This document shows positions 1 to 8,853 of a stretch of 64,000 nucleotides of DNA, piece by piece. Where the stretch lies: NCBI GenBank assembly GCA_963728205.1, contig CAVSIV010000006.1:1536001-1600000 (forward strand). Reading direction: 5' to 3'. This DNA is from an uncultured Chloroflexia bacterium. GTDB taxonomy: Bacteria; Chloroflexota; Dehalococcoidia; UBA2979. The notes beneath the pieces are model-generated. The model did not search any database and had not been told where the DNA came from. It saw nothing but the letters and a program-made list of their open reading frames with translations. The position numbers and the translations under genes were made by a program. Every line of letters begins with the position of its first letter. Within the stretch, counting starts at the first letter, position 1.

Positions 1-491
1 ACGCGCGGCCCGAGCAGCGCCATCACTCCCAGCGCGAACGCGATGTCCGTCGCGATCGGGACGCCCCACCCGTGACGGAGCTCCGGGTCGTGCACCAGCG
101 CGACGAAGATCAGCGCCGGCACCACGACCCCGCCGAGCGCCGCGCACAGCGGCAGCACGACGCGTCGCCGCGACCTGAGCTCGCCGACCGTCAGCTCGCG
201 CTTGATCTCCAGCCCGACGACGAAGAAGAACAGCGTCATCGCCCCGTCGTTGACGAGCGCGTGCAGCGACTTCGCCACCGAGTAGAAGCCGAGGTCGAAC
301 GCGACGCGGTGCTCGAAGAGCCGCTGATAGCCGTCGGCCCACGGGGAGTTCGCCCAGGCGAGCGCCAGCACAGCGCCGAGGATCAGGAGGAGGCCGCTCG
401 ACGCCTCCGTGCGCGTGAAGTCCTGGAGCGGGCGGACGTAGCGGTCGAGCCGCTCCCGCCGCTGCGCCGGGTTCTGCCGCGTGAACTCCAT
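1..491 (-). CDS. nhaA: Na+/H+ antiporter NhaA (5' part; runs off window start)
   Basis: Manual minus-strand translation: MEFTRQ...EASSGLLLILGAVLALAWANSPW...NDGAMTLFFFVVGLEIKRE...GWGVPIATDIAFALGV, the NhaA signatures. Not in the ORF track because it is truncated. Confidence 0.93.
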   Translation of the reverse strand, partial: MEFTRQNPAQRRERLDRYVRPLQDFTRTEASSGLLLILGAVLALAWANSPWADGYQRLFEHRVAFDLGFYSVAKSLHALVNDGAMTLFFFVVGLEIKRELTVGELRSRRRVVLPLCAALGGVVVPALIFVALVHDPELRHGWGVPIATDIAFALGVMALLGPR

Positions 492-659
492 GAGCGGACC
501 TGTCGGTGCCGGCGGTGCCCTTCGCCTGATCCAGCATGACGGTCGGCGCACGGGGCTGCACGGAGCGAAACGGCCCGCCGGCAGCGGGCCCACGAGGACA
601 TCACGCATGATTTATCATCGTCAGCGTCGAGCGCCCGCTCACACCCCGGAGGATGCCCC

Positions 660-1796
660 ATGACCACGACGAGCGACCCGCAGCGCCGGCCGGAGCCGCC
701 GGCGCAGACCGCCTACGAGCGACTCCTCGAGTACGGCCGCGGCCGCGGCTACAAGCTCGACTGGATGCAGGCCGCACCGACCCTCGGCGATGAGCAGCAC
801 CCGGACCGCTCGCGCGGCGGCTTCCTCCTGCAGGACGCCGACGTCGGACCGTTCGGCGAGGTGCCCGAGTGGAGCGACAACATGACGGGCCGCCCGCGCG
901 GCTCGATGGTTCGCCCCAACGCCCCGAAGATCGGCAACTACTCGGTGCGGACGAAGTCCGACATCTGGCTGCGCAACGCCTCGCAGCTCTACGAGGAGGC
1001 CGTCCAGCGCCAGTGGTCGTCGGCCGTCGACATCCCGTGGGAGACGCTCGAGGAGCTGCCTGACGACATCGAGCGCGCCGAGTGCCAGCTGACCACGTTC
1101 CTGACGGAGGTCGAGTTCGTCGCGGGCGACGTGCCGGGCAAGTGGATCGCGGACACCACGCCCGACTACTACGAGCCGCGCATGTTCCTGATCTCGCAGA
1201 TCATGGACGAGGCCCGGCACCTCGACGTCTTCCGCAAGCGCACCTTCGCGAACGGCGGCGGGCTCATGGAGCAGACACCGCTGCCCGCGGTGGGCGTCGA
1301 GATCGACAACGCGCGCGACTTCACCGAGATGTCGGCGCGCCTGCACATCTCCGGCGAGGGCGTCGTGCTGTCGCTCTTCCGCATGGGCGAGCGCATGTCC
1401 TACAACGACGCCGAGAAGGCGATCTACCGCCTCGCTGCCTCCGACGAGTCGCGCCACGTCGCGTTCGGCGTGATGCACCTGCAGTACCTGGCGCAGACCG
1501 ACCCCGAGCGGCGCGACGAGATCCACTCCTTCCTCGACGAGATCGAGGTGGGGCTGGCGTCGGGGCTCGGCGTGCAGAACCCGGCCGGCAGCGGCTTCGC
1601 CGCGAGCGACGCGCTGCGCGTGCTGCTCGGCGGCGGCTCCGACCCGGTCTCGCTTGCCGAGGGCGAGCGGATCGCGCTCGCGGTGCGCCAGCGCCAGGTC
1701 AAGGAATACATCCAGCGGATCAAGGTGGCCGGCCTCGGCGACCGCTTCCAGGACGGCCGCGCTCGCCCCGAGATCATGCAGTACGCGCAGGCATAG
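660..1796 (+). CDS. Ferritin-like di-iron carboxylate protein
   Basis: Two ExxH motifs (DEARH, DESRH), each preceded by a lone Glu (EVEF, SGEG); GGAGG RBS upstream. Confidence 0.8.
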   Translation: MTTTSDPQRRPEPPAQTAYERLLEYGRGRGYKLDWMQAAPTLGDEQHPDRSRGGFLLQDADVGPFGEVPEWSDNMTGRPRGSMVRPNAPKIGNYSVRTKSDIWLRNASQLYEEAVQRQWSSAVDIPWETLEELPDDIERAECQLTTFLTEVEFVAGDVPGKWIADTTPDYYEPRMFLISQIMDEARHLDVFRKRTFANGGGLMEQTPLPAVGVEIDNARDFTEMSARLHISGEGVVLSLFRMGERMSYNDAEKAIYRLAASDESRHVAFGVMHLQYLAQTDPERRDEIHSFLDEIEVGLASGLGVQNPAGSGFAASDALRVLLGGGSDPVSLAEGERIALAVRQRQVKEYIQRIKVAGLGDRFQDGRARPEIMQYAQA

Positions 1797-1813
1797 CCGC
1801 GGCGCGTGAGTCA

Positions 1814-1901
1814 AAGCGGCGGCAGACATGCCGCCGACAGACGCGCGGCGCCAGCCGCGGACTGCGTCCACGTCCTGTCGGCGGCATGTCTGCCGCCGCT
1901 T
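1814..1901. repeat. Perfect 27-bp inverted repeat of a REP-like palindromic unit
   Basis: AAGCGGCGGCAGACATGCCGCCGACAG (1814-1840) and its exact reverse complement (1875-1901), between convergent genes. Confidence 0.92.
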
Positions 1902-2009
1902 CCCGACGGCGTTCACGCCCGGCACGGCGCCCCGGCCGGGGCACATCGACGGCCGTGGCTGGTCGGTGCGCGCCCGGAACACGGCAGGCTCACGCCCGCC
2001 GCGCGCCCG

Positions 2010-2426
2010 TCACTCGGCGCGCCACTCCGTCACGCGTTCCGGCTCCACGCGGATGATCGGCCTCGCCTCCAGCGCCATCGTCGCGTACTGCGGGTAGCGG
2101 CCTCGCAACGCCGCCACCGCGGCGGCGTGCTCCGCGCCCGCGTCGATCACGGCCGCGCGACCGCGCACCATCACCCACGCGAGCCGCGACCAGTCGTCCT
2201 CGTATCGATCGAACACCAGCGACACGCGCGGCTCGCGCGCGATGTTGCGCAGCCGCTGCAGGCGCGTCGTGCGCTTCGGCTTCTCGTCGATCGCCGAGTA
2301 GATACGCCCGTCGACGAGCGCGAACGTGATGGGAACGACGTGCGGCCGCCCGTCCGGGTCCACGGTCGCCAGGTGCGCCACCGGCCGTGCGTCGATGAAG
2401 GCCCGCACCGCGGGCGTCAACTCCAT
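2010..2426 (-). CDS. PPOX-class F420-dependent oxidoreductase (Rv0121-like)
   Basis: HLATVDPDGRPHVVPITF, AIDEKPK, RLRNIAREPRVSL, YEDDWSRLAWV motifs. Confidence 0.88.
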   Translation of the reverse strand: MELTPAVRAFIDARPVAHLATVDPDGRPHVVPITFALVDGRIYSAIDEKPKRTTRLQRLRNIAREPRVSLVFDRYEDDWSRLAWVMVRGRAAVIDAGAEHAAAVAALRGRYPQYATMALEARPIIRVEPERVTEWRAE

Positions 2427-2515
2427 GTCGCGAGCGTACCCGGCCCCGCTGCGCCCTTCATTCGGGGTGTCGCGCTTCCGATAGTCAGAAGGAGGGAGAC
2501 TGCGCCCCACGTGCG

Positions 2516-3682
2516 GTGTGCCCGAACGCGGCGCCCGGATGCGCCGCCGGCGGGATGGCGATACCGATGAGGCTGCCCCGGTTCCGCGGCGTCCCCTGGC
2601 TGCCCGCGCTCTCGGCGGTCACCGCCGTCGCGCTCACGGCGACGGCCGCGGCGGCGCTCGCCCAGCCGATCCCCGGAGGGCGCCCGCCCGCGCTCGAGTG
2701 GTTCTCGCGCGGCAGCGGCTTCGCGGCGTCCGTCGCGCTCAGCGCGACGATGGCCATCGGCTTCGTTCGGTGGTGGATTCGGCCGACGCGCGTCACGCTG
2801 GTGCGCCGCACCGGACACCTGCGCGACGCGATGGCCGCCGCCGTGCTCGCACTCGGCGGCGCGCACCTCCTGGCGATCGCCGAGATCGCCCGGGCGGATG
2901 GCCGCCTCGGGCCCCGCGTCGTCGTCGCCGGCGGGATCCTCGCGGCGCTCGTCGCGCTGCTGCTCGTGTCGCGCCGTCTGCGCTCCGCGCTGCACCGGCC
3001 CACGTGGGACTTCGTGCGGCGCGCCGCCTACGTCGTCTTCGTGATCGCGCTCGTGCAGACGGCCATCGCCGGCCCCGGCTTCGTCGAGACCGCGCTGCGC
3101 TGGCTGTATCTCGCGACCGGGGTCGCGGTCGCCGGCAACGGCATCGTGCGCATCGTCCTCGGCCGGCACCGCGAGGCCGACGACCCCGCGCCCGGCTCCG
3201 TCCCGGTGCCGAACGCGCTCGGCGAGGAGATCGGCGGCGAGCCCCGCCGCGTCGACCTCGTTGCCTACCTGCGCGACTCTATCCGCTTCGCGCGCGACAT
3301 CGGCGAGCACGTCGCCGTGTTCGTCGTCGACCTTGCCCCGGTGGTGGCGATCGAGGGCTCGCCGCAGCCGGCAATCGACCGCATCCGCTCGCGCGCCCGC
3401 CGCCGCGACTTCATCGCAATCGACGGCGTGACGCTGATCCTTGTGCGGCGGGCGCGGTTCGCCGGGCGCGACGCGCACGTCGTCGGCGAGCAGCTGCTGC
3501 TGCTGGCGCGGCCGGCGGGGCGCGACGGCCGGTCGCCCGCCCGGGTGGGCGTGGCGGCGTTCCCGAAGGACGGCTGGGAGCCGGCGCTGCTGCTCAAGAA
3601 CGCGGTGGGCGCCGTGCACGAGGCCGAGAGCGATGGCGGCGTCGCCCACGCCGAGGGCGTGATCCGCCGCGCGGTCGCGTAG
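2516..3682 (+). CDS. Membrane protein: ferric-reductase-like TM domain plus degenerate GGDEF-like domain
   Basis: Several hydrophobic helices, then VAVFVVDL...RRRDFIA...VGVAAFPKDG...LLLKNA (GGDEF fold without the GGDEF motif). Start uncertain (2516-2568). Confidence 0.55.
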   Translation: MCPNAAPGCAAGGMAIPMRLPRFRGVPWLPALSAVTAVALTATAAAALAQPIPGGRPPALEWFSRGSGFAASVALSATMAIGFVRWWIRPTRVTLVRRTGHLRDAMAAAVLALGGAHLLAIAEIARADGRLGPRVVVAGGILAALVALLLVSRRLRSALHRPTWDFVRRAAYVVFVIALVQTAIAGPGFVETALRWLYLATGVAVAGNGIVRIVLGRHREADDPAPGSVPVPNALGEEIGGEPRRVDLVAYLRDSIRFARDIGEHVAVFVVDLAPVVAIEGSPQPAIDRIRSRARRRDFIAIDGVTLILVRRARFAGRDAHVVGEQLLLLARPAGRDGRSPARVGVAAFPKDGWEPALLLKNAVGAVHEAESDGGVAHAEGVIRRAVA

Positions 3683-3765
3683 CTGCGCGCGTCCGACGGG
3701 CGGTCGGACTGCGCGCGTCCTCGCCCGGCACGGGGCGGTCCTCGCCGCGCTCGTCGCGGTCCGCG

Positions 3766-4230
3766 CTACAGCAATCGGCGCAGCAGGAGATCGTTGTGCG
3801 GGCCGGCGGGGCCGAACCCCTCCTGCTCGACGGCACGCCGCGCGTCCGCCATCGCCGGCGGCAGCACGGTCTCGATGCCGCGGTACCCCCGCTCCTGCGC
3901 GTACTCGACCGCGGCGCGCGTGAGCGCGCGCAGACCGTGGCCCGCGAGTCGCCGCAGCAGCGCGAGCTCGCCATCGCCACGGTCGAGCGCGGCGCAGCCG
4001 ATGGGTGTGCCGTCGGGACGCGTCGCCACCCAGATGCCGCGGCCGGACTGGTGGTAGTAGGCGGGGTCCGCCAGGTCGGCGTCGCGCTCGGCATCGGGCG
4101 GATCGAAGCCGCCGGCCAGCAGCGCCTCGGTCACGATCAGCCGCACCGCCTCGGCGTCCCCGGCGTCGGCGAGACGCACGTCGCGGTCGCCCGGGCCGGG
4201 CCCGGGGCCGGACGGGGGCCCGCTCGTCAC
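3766..4230 (-). CDS. GNAT-family acetyltransferase
   Basis: VRLADAGDAEAV, GIWVA...IGCAAL, GHGLRALTRAAVEYAQERGYRGI; GTG start overlaps the upstream stop (GTGA). Confidence 0.7.
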   Translation of the reverse strand: MTSGPPSGPGPGPGDRDVRLADAGDAEAVRLIVTEALLAGGFDPPDAERDADLADPAYYHQSGRGIWVATRPDGTPIGCAALDRGDGELALLRRLAGHGLRALTRAAVEYAQERGYRGIETVLPPAMADARRAVEQEGFGPAGPHNDLLLRRLL

Positions 4231-5144
4231 GCCCGCGCCTGCTCCCACGGCAGCGACCGCGGCTGGAGCACCTGCCGCACGCGCGCGTCGGCGACGAGCA
4301 CGATCAGGTCCAGCGCGCCGTACGCCGCCGGGTTCATCCCGCGCAGCGCCGCCGTCGCGAGCTCGTCCTCGATCTGCCCGAGCGCCGCCACCAGCACGAG
4401 CACCGAGAGGTCGCACGTCCCCGCGCGCCGCTGCTCCACCGCGCGCGTGACGTGGCGACGGAAGTGCCGCCGCACCGCAGCCCCGTCGACCGGATCGGTC
4501 TCAGGCGGCGCGGCGAGCACGGTCACGCCGCCGGGCGCTCCCGCCGGCAGCCGCGAGACGCGCCAGTAGTCGTGCACCTCGACCTCGGTGACCTCCTCGG
4601 GGTTGAGCAGCGCCGCGCGGTCGCGCACGCGCGACACGACGATGTCGCGCTCCGCCGACTCCTCGGGCAGGCGGTGTAGCGCGCGCGCGTCGAGGTGGTA
4701 CGCGCCGGAGATGCCCTCCGACAGCCGCGTCCACTCCCGCGACAGCACGCCGCTCACCGAGACGTACTGCCCTTCGTCCTGGATCTTCGCGAGCTGCAGC
4801 GTGACCGGCAGTCGCACCTCGCGACGCTCGCCCGGCGCGAGCCCGCCGAGCCCGCGCGCGAGCACCACCCGCAGGTTCGACCGGAACGGCTCGTCGACCG
4901 GCAGCTCGACGCGCGGGGGCACCCACACCACGTAGCCGGGCGCACCCGCGTCGGCGACGTCGTCGCTCAGCAGGTCGGCGAGCTCGGACGCGCCCGCCAG
5001 CTCCGTACTCTCGTCCCACAGCGCGCCGACTGTCACGCCGATGCGCCGGTCGCGCTGCTGGAGGAGCGCGTCGAACGGCGCCGGGTCCTGGTCGAGCGCG
5101 CGGAACGTGCGGAAGTAGCGCTCGCTCATCCACGCGGCGAGCAT
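4227..5144 (-). CDS. Hypothetical soluble protein
   Basis: Long ORF with host-like GC3 bias, coupled to the GNAT gene; start uncertain. Confidence 0.7.
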   Translation of the reverse strand: MLAAWMSERYFRTFRALDQDPAPFDALLQQRDRRIGVTVGALWDESTELAGASELADLLSDDVADAGAPGYVVWVPPRVELPVDEPFRSNLRVVLARGLGGLAPGERREVRLPVTLQLAKIQDEGQYVSVSGVLSREWTRLSEGISGAYHLDARALHRLPEESAERDIVVSRVRDRAALLNPEEVTEVEVHDYWRVSRLPAGAPGGVTVLAAPPETDPVDGAAVRRHFRRHVTRAVEQRRAGTCDLSVLVLVAALGQIEDELATAALRGMNPAAYGALDLIVLVADARVRQVLQPRSLPWEQARA

Positions 5145-5230
5145 CGGCAGCGCCACGGCGCGCGGCGGATCGACCCTGTCAGCGTCCAGGAAGTGCCCCC
5201 GTCCGACGATCGTGTGGCGTCGGCTCGAGG

Positions 5231-5662
5231 TTACGCGCCCTCGGCGGCCTCGGCCCGCGCGCGGTTGCGCGCGTCGCGCCGGTCGAGAATCGGCAGCAGG
5301 CCGTTGGTGATGACCTGGTACGCGATCATGAGGTTCAGCACGAGGAAGTCGAGGATCGCGACGAGCTTCAGCCCGGTGGCGAGCGCGGTGCCGTCGTTTC
5401 CGGTGTGCTGCGCCCACACGACACCGAGCGTCAGCAGCAGCAGGAGGACGAGCGACGCGAGCGGCGCGTCCCACCTGCGGACGAACCGCGCAAACGCGGC
5501 GAGCAGCCCGCCGGCGATCGCGAAGTTGCCGGCCATGAAGCCGAGCAGCGGCGTGCCGTGGTGGTGCCACACTTGGAACGCGTTGAGGAAGAGCCACATC
5601 AGGAGCACCGGGCCCACCGCGGCGATCAGGATGCCGGGCAGGTCGGACCGCTTGAATCGCAT
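5231..5662 (-). CDS. Small 4-TM membrane protein
   Basis: MRFKRSDLPGILIAAVGP...; four hydrophobic segments; GGAGGGG RBS. Confidence 0.75.
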   Translation of the reverse strand: MRFKRSDLPGILIAAVGPVLLMWLFLNAFQVWHHHGTPLLGFMAGNFAIAGGLLAAFARFVRRWDAPLASLVLLLLLTLGVVWAQHTGNDGTALATGLKLVAILDFLVLNLMIAYQVITNGLLPILDRRDARNRARAEAAEGA

Positions 5663-5723
5663 GGGCTCGTGTTCCCCTCCCGCGCGGCGCCCGCGGCGCC
5701 GGCCCCATTCTCGCGCGTGACGG

Positions 5724-6494
5724 CTAGATGTTCGAGCGCGACTGCCCGCCGTCGACGTTGAGCGTCGCGCCGATGATCCACGACGCGACCGGCGACGCCA
5801 GGAACACGACCGCCGCCGCAACTTCCTCCGGCCGCCCGAAGCGGCCGCCGGGGATCTGCTGCTCGATGAACCGCGCCATCGTCTCGGGTTCCTCGGCGAG
5901 GCGCCGGCCCCATGAGCCGCCCTCGAAGGCGATCGACCCGGGCGCGACGTTGTTTACGCGCACGCCGTCGGCGGCCCACTGCAGGGCGTACGCCTTGGAC
6001 ATCGCGATCTGCGCCGACTTCGTCGCGTTGTACTGGGGTGGCCCGCCGGACTCGCGCCCGTAGATCGACGAGATGTTCACGACCGCGCCCCCGCCCTCCG
6101 CGCGCACGAGGTGCGGCTTCGCGAGCTCCATCAGTCGCGTGGCGGCGAGCACGTTGAGATCGAAGGAGCCGCGCCACGCCTCGTCGAGCGTGCCGGCGCG
6201 CACGGTGGCGCCCGCGTTGTTCACGAGCACGTCGAGCGCGCCGTAAGCGTCGACGGCCGCTGTGAGCAGGCGCTCGGCGGCGGCGGCGTCGGTGACGTCG
6301 GCGGCGACGGCCTGCACCTGCGCGCCGGGGTGCGCGGCCGCGATGGCCGCGCGCGTCGTCTCGAGCGTCTCGGCGCCGCGCGCGCAGAGCGTGAGCCGCG
6401 CGCCCTCGGCCGCGAACGCCTCCGCGATCGCGCGCCCGATGCCGCGGCTGGCGCCGGTGACGAGCACGGAGCGGCCGGCGAGCTGCAGGTCCAT
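5724..6494 (-). CDS. SDR-family oxidoreductase
   Basis: TGASRGIG, NNAG, YNATK catalytic motif, VRVNNVAPG. Confidence 0.93.
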   Translation of the reverse strand: MDLQLAGRSVLVTGASRGIGRAIAEAFAAEGARLTLCARGAETLETTRAAIAAAHPGAQVQAVAADVTDAAAAERLLTAAVDAYGALDVLVNNAGATVRAGTLDEAWRGSFDLNVLAATRLMELAKPHLVRAEGGGAVVNISSIYGRESGGPPQYNATKSAQIAMSKAYALQWAADGVRVNNVAPGSIAFEGGSWGRRLAEEPETMARFIEQQIPGGRFGRPEEVAAAVVFLASPVASWIIGATLNVDGGQSRSNI

Positions 6495-6535
6495 GATCCT
6501 CCGCGTTCGGTGTTCCGCCCTGGTCCGCGACGTCG

Positions 6536-6560
6536 AAGCGGCGACGGACACGCCGCCGAC
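6536..6560 (+). repeat. Degenerate copy of the REP-like unit
   Basis: AAGCGGCGACGGACACGCCGCCGAC, 23/25 identical to AAGCGGCGGCAGACACGCCGCCGAC of the 27975-28278 array. Confidence 0.65.
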
Positions 6561-6691
6561 GGTCGATGCCGCGGGTGTGCATCCTACGGGGTGTGTTCCT
6601 GATACGGTACGTCCGCTCGCCGCGCCACCCGGCGACGCCGGCGGATCCCGGCGAGCCTCCGGCAACCGGCAGCGCGCAGACGCAGGGAACC

Positions 6692-7450
6692 ATGCCGCTC
6701 TCCCTCTCCGTCGACGCCTTCGTCGCGACCCTGCTCGTCGAGCCGGCGGGCGGGCTCGCCGATCGCGCGTTCGCGCAGGCGCTCACGGACGCCGCTGCGC
6801 AGATCGCGGCGGACACCGACGGCGTGCGCGCGGTCGTCCTCGCCGCCGCCGGCGACGACTTCTGCGTCGGCTGGAGCGACGCCGCGCTCATGGAGGAGGA
6901 CGGGCTGCCGGGCGTGCCGCACCTCGGCGCCGGCTTCGACGCCCTCGCCGCCGTGCCGCAGCCCGTGATCGCCGCCGTGCACGGCCGCGCCCACTCCGCC
7001 GGCCTCGAGCTCGCGCTCGCCGCCGACATCCGCCTCGCAGCGGACGACGCGCGCTTCGCGATGCCGGAGACCGCCGCCGGCGTGCTCCCGCGCGGCGGCG
7101 GCTCGCAGCGGCTGCCGCGCGCGGTGGGACGCGCGCACGCGCTGCGCCTGCTGCTGCTCGGCGAGGAGATCGACGCCGCCGAGGCCCGCCGCATCGGCCT
7201 CATCTCGCGCGTCGTCCCGCGCGGCGACCTGCGCGACGCCGCGACCGCGGTCGCGCGCACCATCGCCTCGCGCGGGCCGATCGCGACGCGCCTCGCGAAG
7301 GAGGCGGTGCACCGCGGCGCCGAGCTCACGCTCGAGCAGGCGCTGCGCTACGAGCTGGATCTCACGCTGCTGCTGCAGACGACGGCCGACCGCGCCGAGG
7401 GCGTGCGCGCCTTCGCCGCGAAGCGGCCGCCCAACTTCATCGGACGCTAG
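6692..7450 (+). CDS. Enoyl-CoA hydratase/isomerase family protein
   Basis: PVIAAVHGRAHSAGLELALAADIR, FAMPE, DRAEGVRAFAAKRPPNF. Confidence 0.92.
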   Translation: MPLSLSVDAFVATLLVEPAGGLADRAFAQALTDAAAQIAADTDGVRAVVLAAAGDDFCVGWSDAALMEEDGLPGVPHLGAGFDALAAVPQPVIAAVHGRAHSAGLELALAADIRLAADDARFAMPETAAGVLPRGGGSQRLPRAVGRAHALRLLLLGEEIDAAEARRIGLISRVVPRGDLRDAATAVARTIASRGPIATRLAKEAVHRGAELTLEQALRYELDLTLLLQTTADRAEGVRAFAAKRPPNFIGR

Positions 7451-7540
7451 TCTCCGGTCGCGCGACCGCCGGGCGTTGACGCCTGCGGCCGCGCCCGACA
7501 GCATCGGGTCGAACACGAGTGGCACACCTTGGAGGTGCGC

Positions 7541-7807
7541 ATGAACGTCATCCTCAACACGGAGGAGGTGCACGCGGTGCTCAGCCTCGTCACCGCGCAG
7601 GTGCTCGACCACGTCGAGCTCTCCGCCGATGCGAAGAAGAGCGTCCGCGCGTGGCGCCGCGCGCACGACCTCGACACGGTCGGCCTCGACGAGTTCACGG
7701 AGACGATGAACACCGCGATCGGCAACTTCATCGACGAGCGCACGACCCGCTACCTGCGCAAGCGCGGGAAGATCAAGGTGTCGGCGAGCACGGAGCTGCG
7801 GGCATGA
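7541..7807 (+). CDS. Small hypothetical protein (paralog A)
   Basis: GGAGG RBS, 88 aa, ATGA overlap with the next gene. Confidence 0.85.
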   Translation: MNVILNTEEVHAVLSLVTAQVLDHVELSADAKKSVRAWRRAHDLDTVGLDEFTETMNTAIGNFIDERTTRYLRKRGKIKVSASTELRA

Positions 7808-8043
7808 AAGTCGAGTTCACGCTCGAGGAGATCCAGCGGATGCTCGACGCGGTCGTCGACGAGCTCGTCGAGCTCAAGCTCGACAAGACCGACCGCGCGA
7901 AGCTGCGCCGCTGGCGGTCGAACACGATGACCCCCACGTCGGCGTCGATGCAGCTGCTCGCCGAGAAGGTCAACGCCGAGATCCAGCGCACGCACGATCT
8001 CAGCGAGGCGAGTCCGATCAAGAAGCCGGACTGGGCGAGCTAG
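7804..8043 (+). CDS. Small hypothetical protein (paralog B)
   Basis: MKVEFTLEEI...KKPDWAS, 79 aa; aligns by eye to paralog A. Confidence 0.85.
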   Translation: MKVEFTLEEIQRMLDAVVDELVELKLDKTDRAKLRRWRSNTMTPTSASMQLLAEKVNAEIQRTHDLSEASPIKKPDWAS

Positions 8044-8124
8044 CGCGCGCCGCCCGCGACCGCCCGCATGGCCGAGCGGCCTCGTGCCGTTCGCCCCTGC
8101 GCGCCGTCGAAGGGCCGAGGACCC

Positions 8125-8853
8125 ATGCCTGACCCGCTCGTCCGTTACGACCGCGACGGCGACGTCGCGTGGCTCACCCTGAACCGCCCGGAGCGTCTCA
8201 ACGCCGTGCACATGGCGATGCGCGACGAGCTGTGGGCGATGCTCGGCCTGCTGCGCGACGACCCGACGGTGCGGGTCGCCGTGCTGCGCGGCGCCGGCGA
8301 TCGTGCCTTCTCGGCCGGAGCCGACATCACCGAGTTCGGCACCGCCCCTTCGGTGCTCGGCGCGCGCGACGCGCGGCGGGGCCGCGACCTGTGGGGCCTG
8401 ATGTCCACCCTGCGCATCCCGCTGATCGCCGCGATCCAGGGCTTCGCCTACGGCGCCGGCCTCGAGATGTCGATGTACTGCGACCTGCGCGTGGCCTCGG
8501 AGGAGGCGCGCTTTGCCATCCCGGAGGTCACGCTCGGCTACATCCCGTCCGCCGGTGGGACGCAGACCGTCGCGCGTCACGTCACGCGGAGCGATGCTGT
8601 GCTCATGGCGACCACCGGCGAGCCGTGGAGCGCGGCGGACGCGTTCGCGGCCGGGCTCGTACACGCGGTGGTCCCGCACGACGCGCTCGAGGCGACCGCG
8701 CGTGGGTGGGCGGAGACGCTCGCCGGCTATGCGCCGGGCGCCCTGCAGGCGATGAAGCGCGCCGTGGTCGAGGGCATCGACCTGCCGCTCGTCGACGGCC
8801 TGGCGCTGGAACGACGGCTGGCGCGCACGAGCGCCGGGAAGGGATCCGCATGA
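8125..8853 (+). CDS. Enoyl-CoA hydratase/isomerase family protein
   Basis: LNRPERLNA, AFSAGADI, GAGLEM, FAIPE. Confidence 0.93.
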   Translation: MPDPLVRYDRDGDVAWLTLNRPERLNAVHMAMRDELWAMLGLLRDDPTVRVAVLRGAGDRAFSAGADITEFGTAPSVLGARDARRGRDLWGLMSTLRIPLIAAIQGFAYGAGLEMSMYCDLRVASEEARFAIPEVTLGYIPSAGGTQTVARHVTRSDAVLMATTGEPWSAADAFAAGLVHAVVPHDALEATARGWAETLAGYAPGALQAMKRAVVEGIDLPLVDGLALERRLARTSAGKGSA

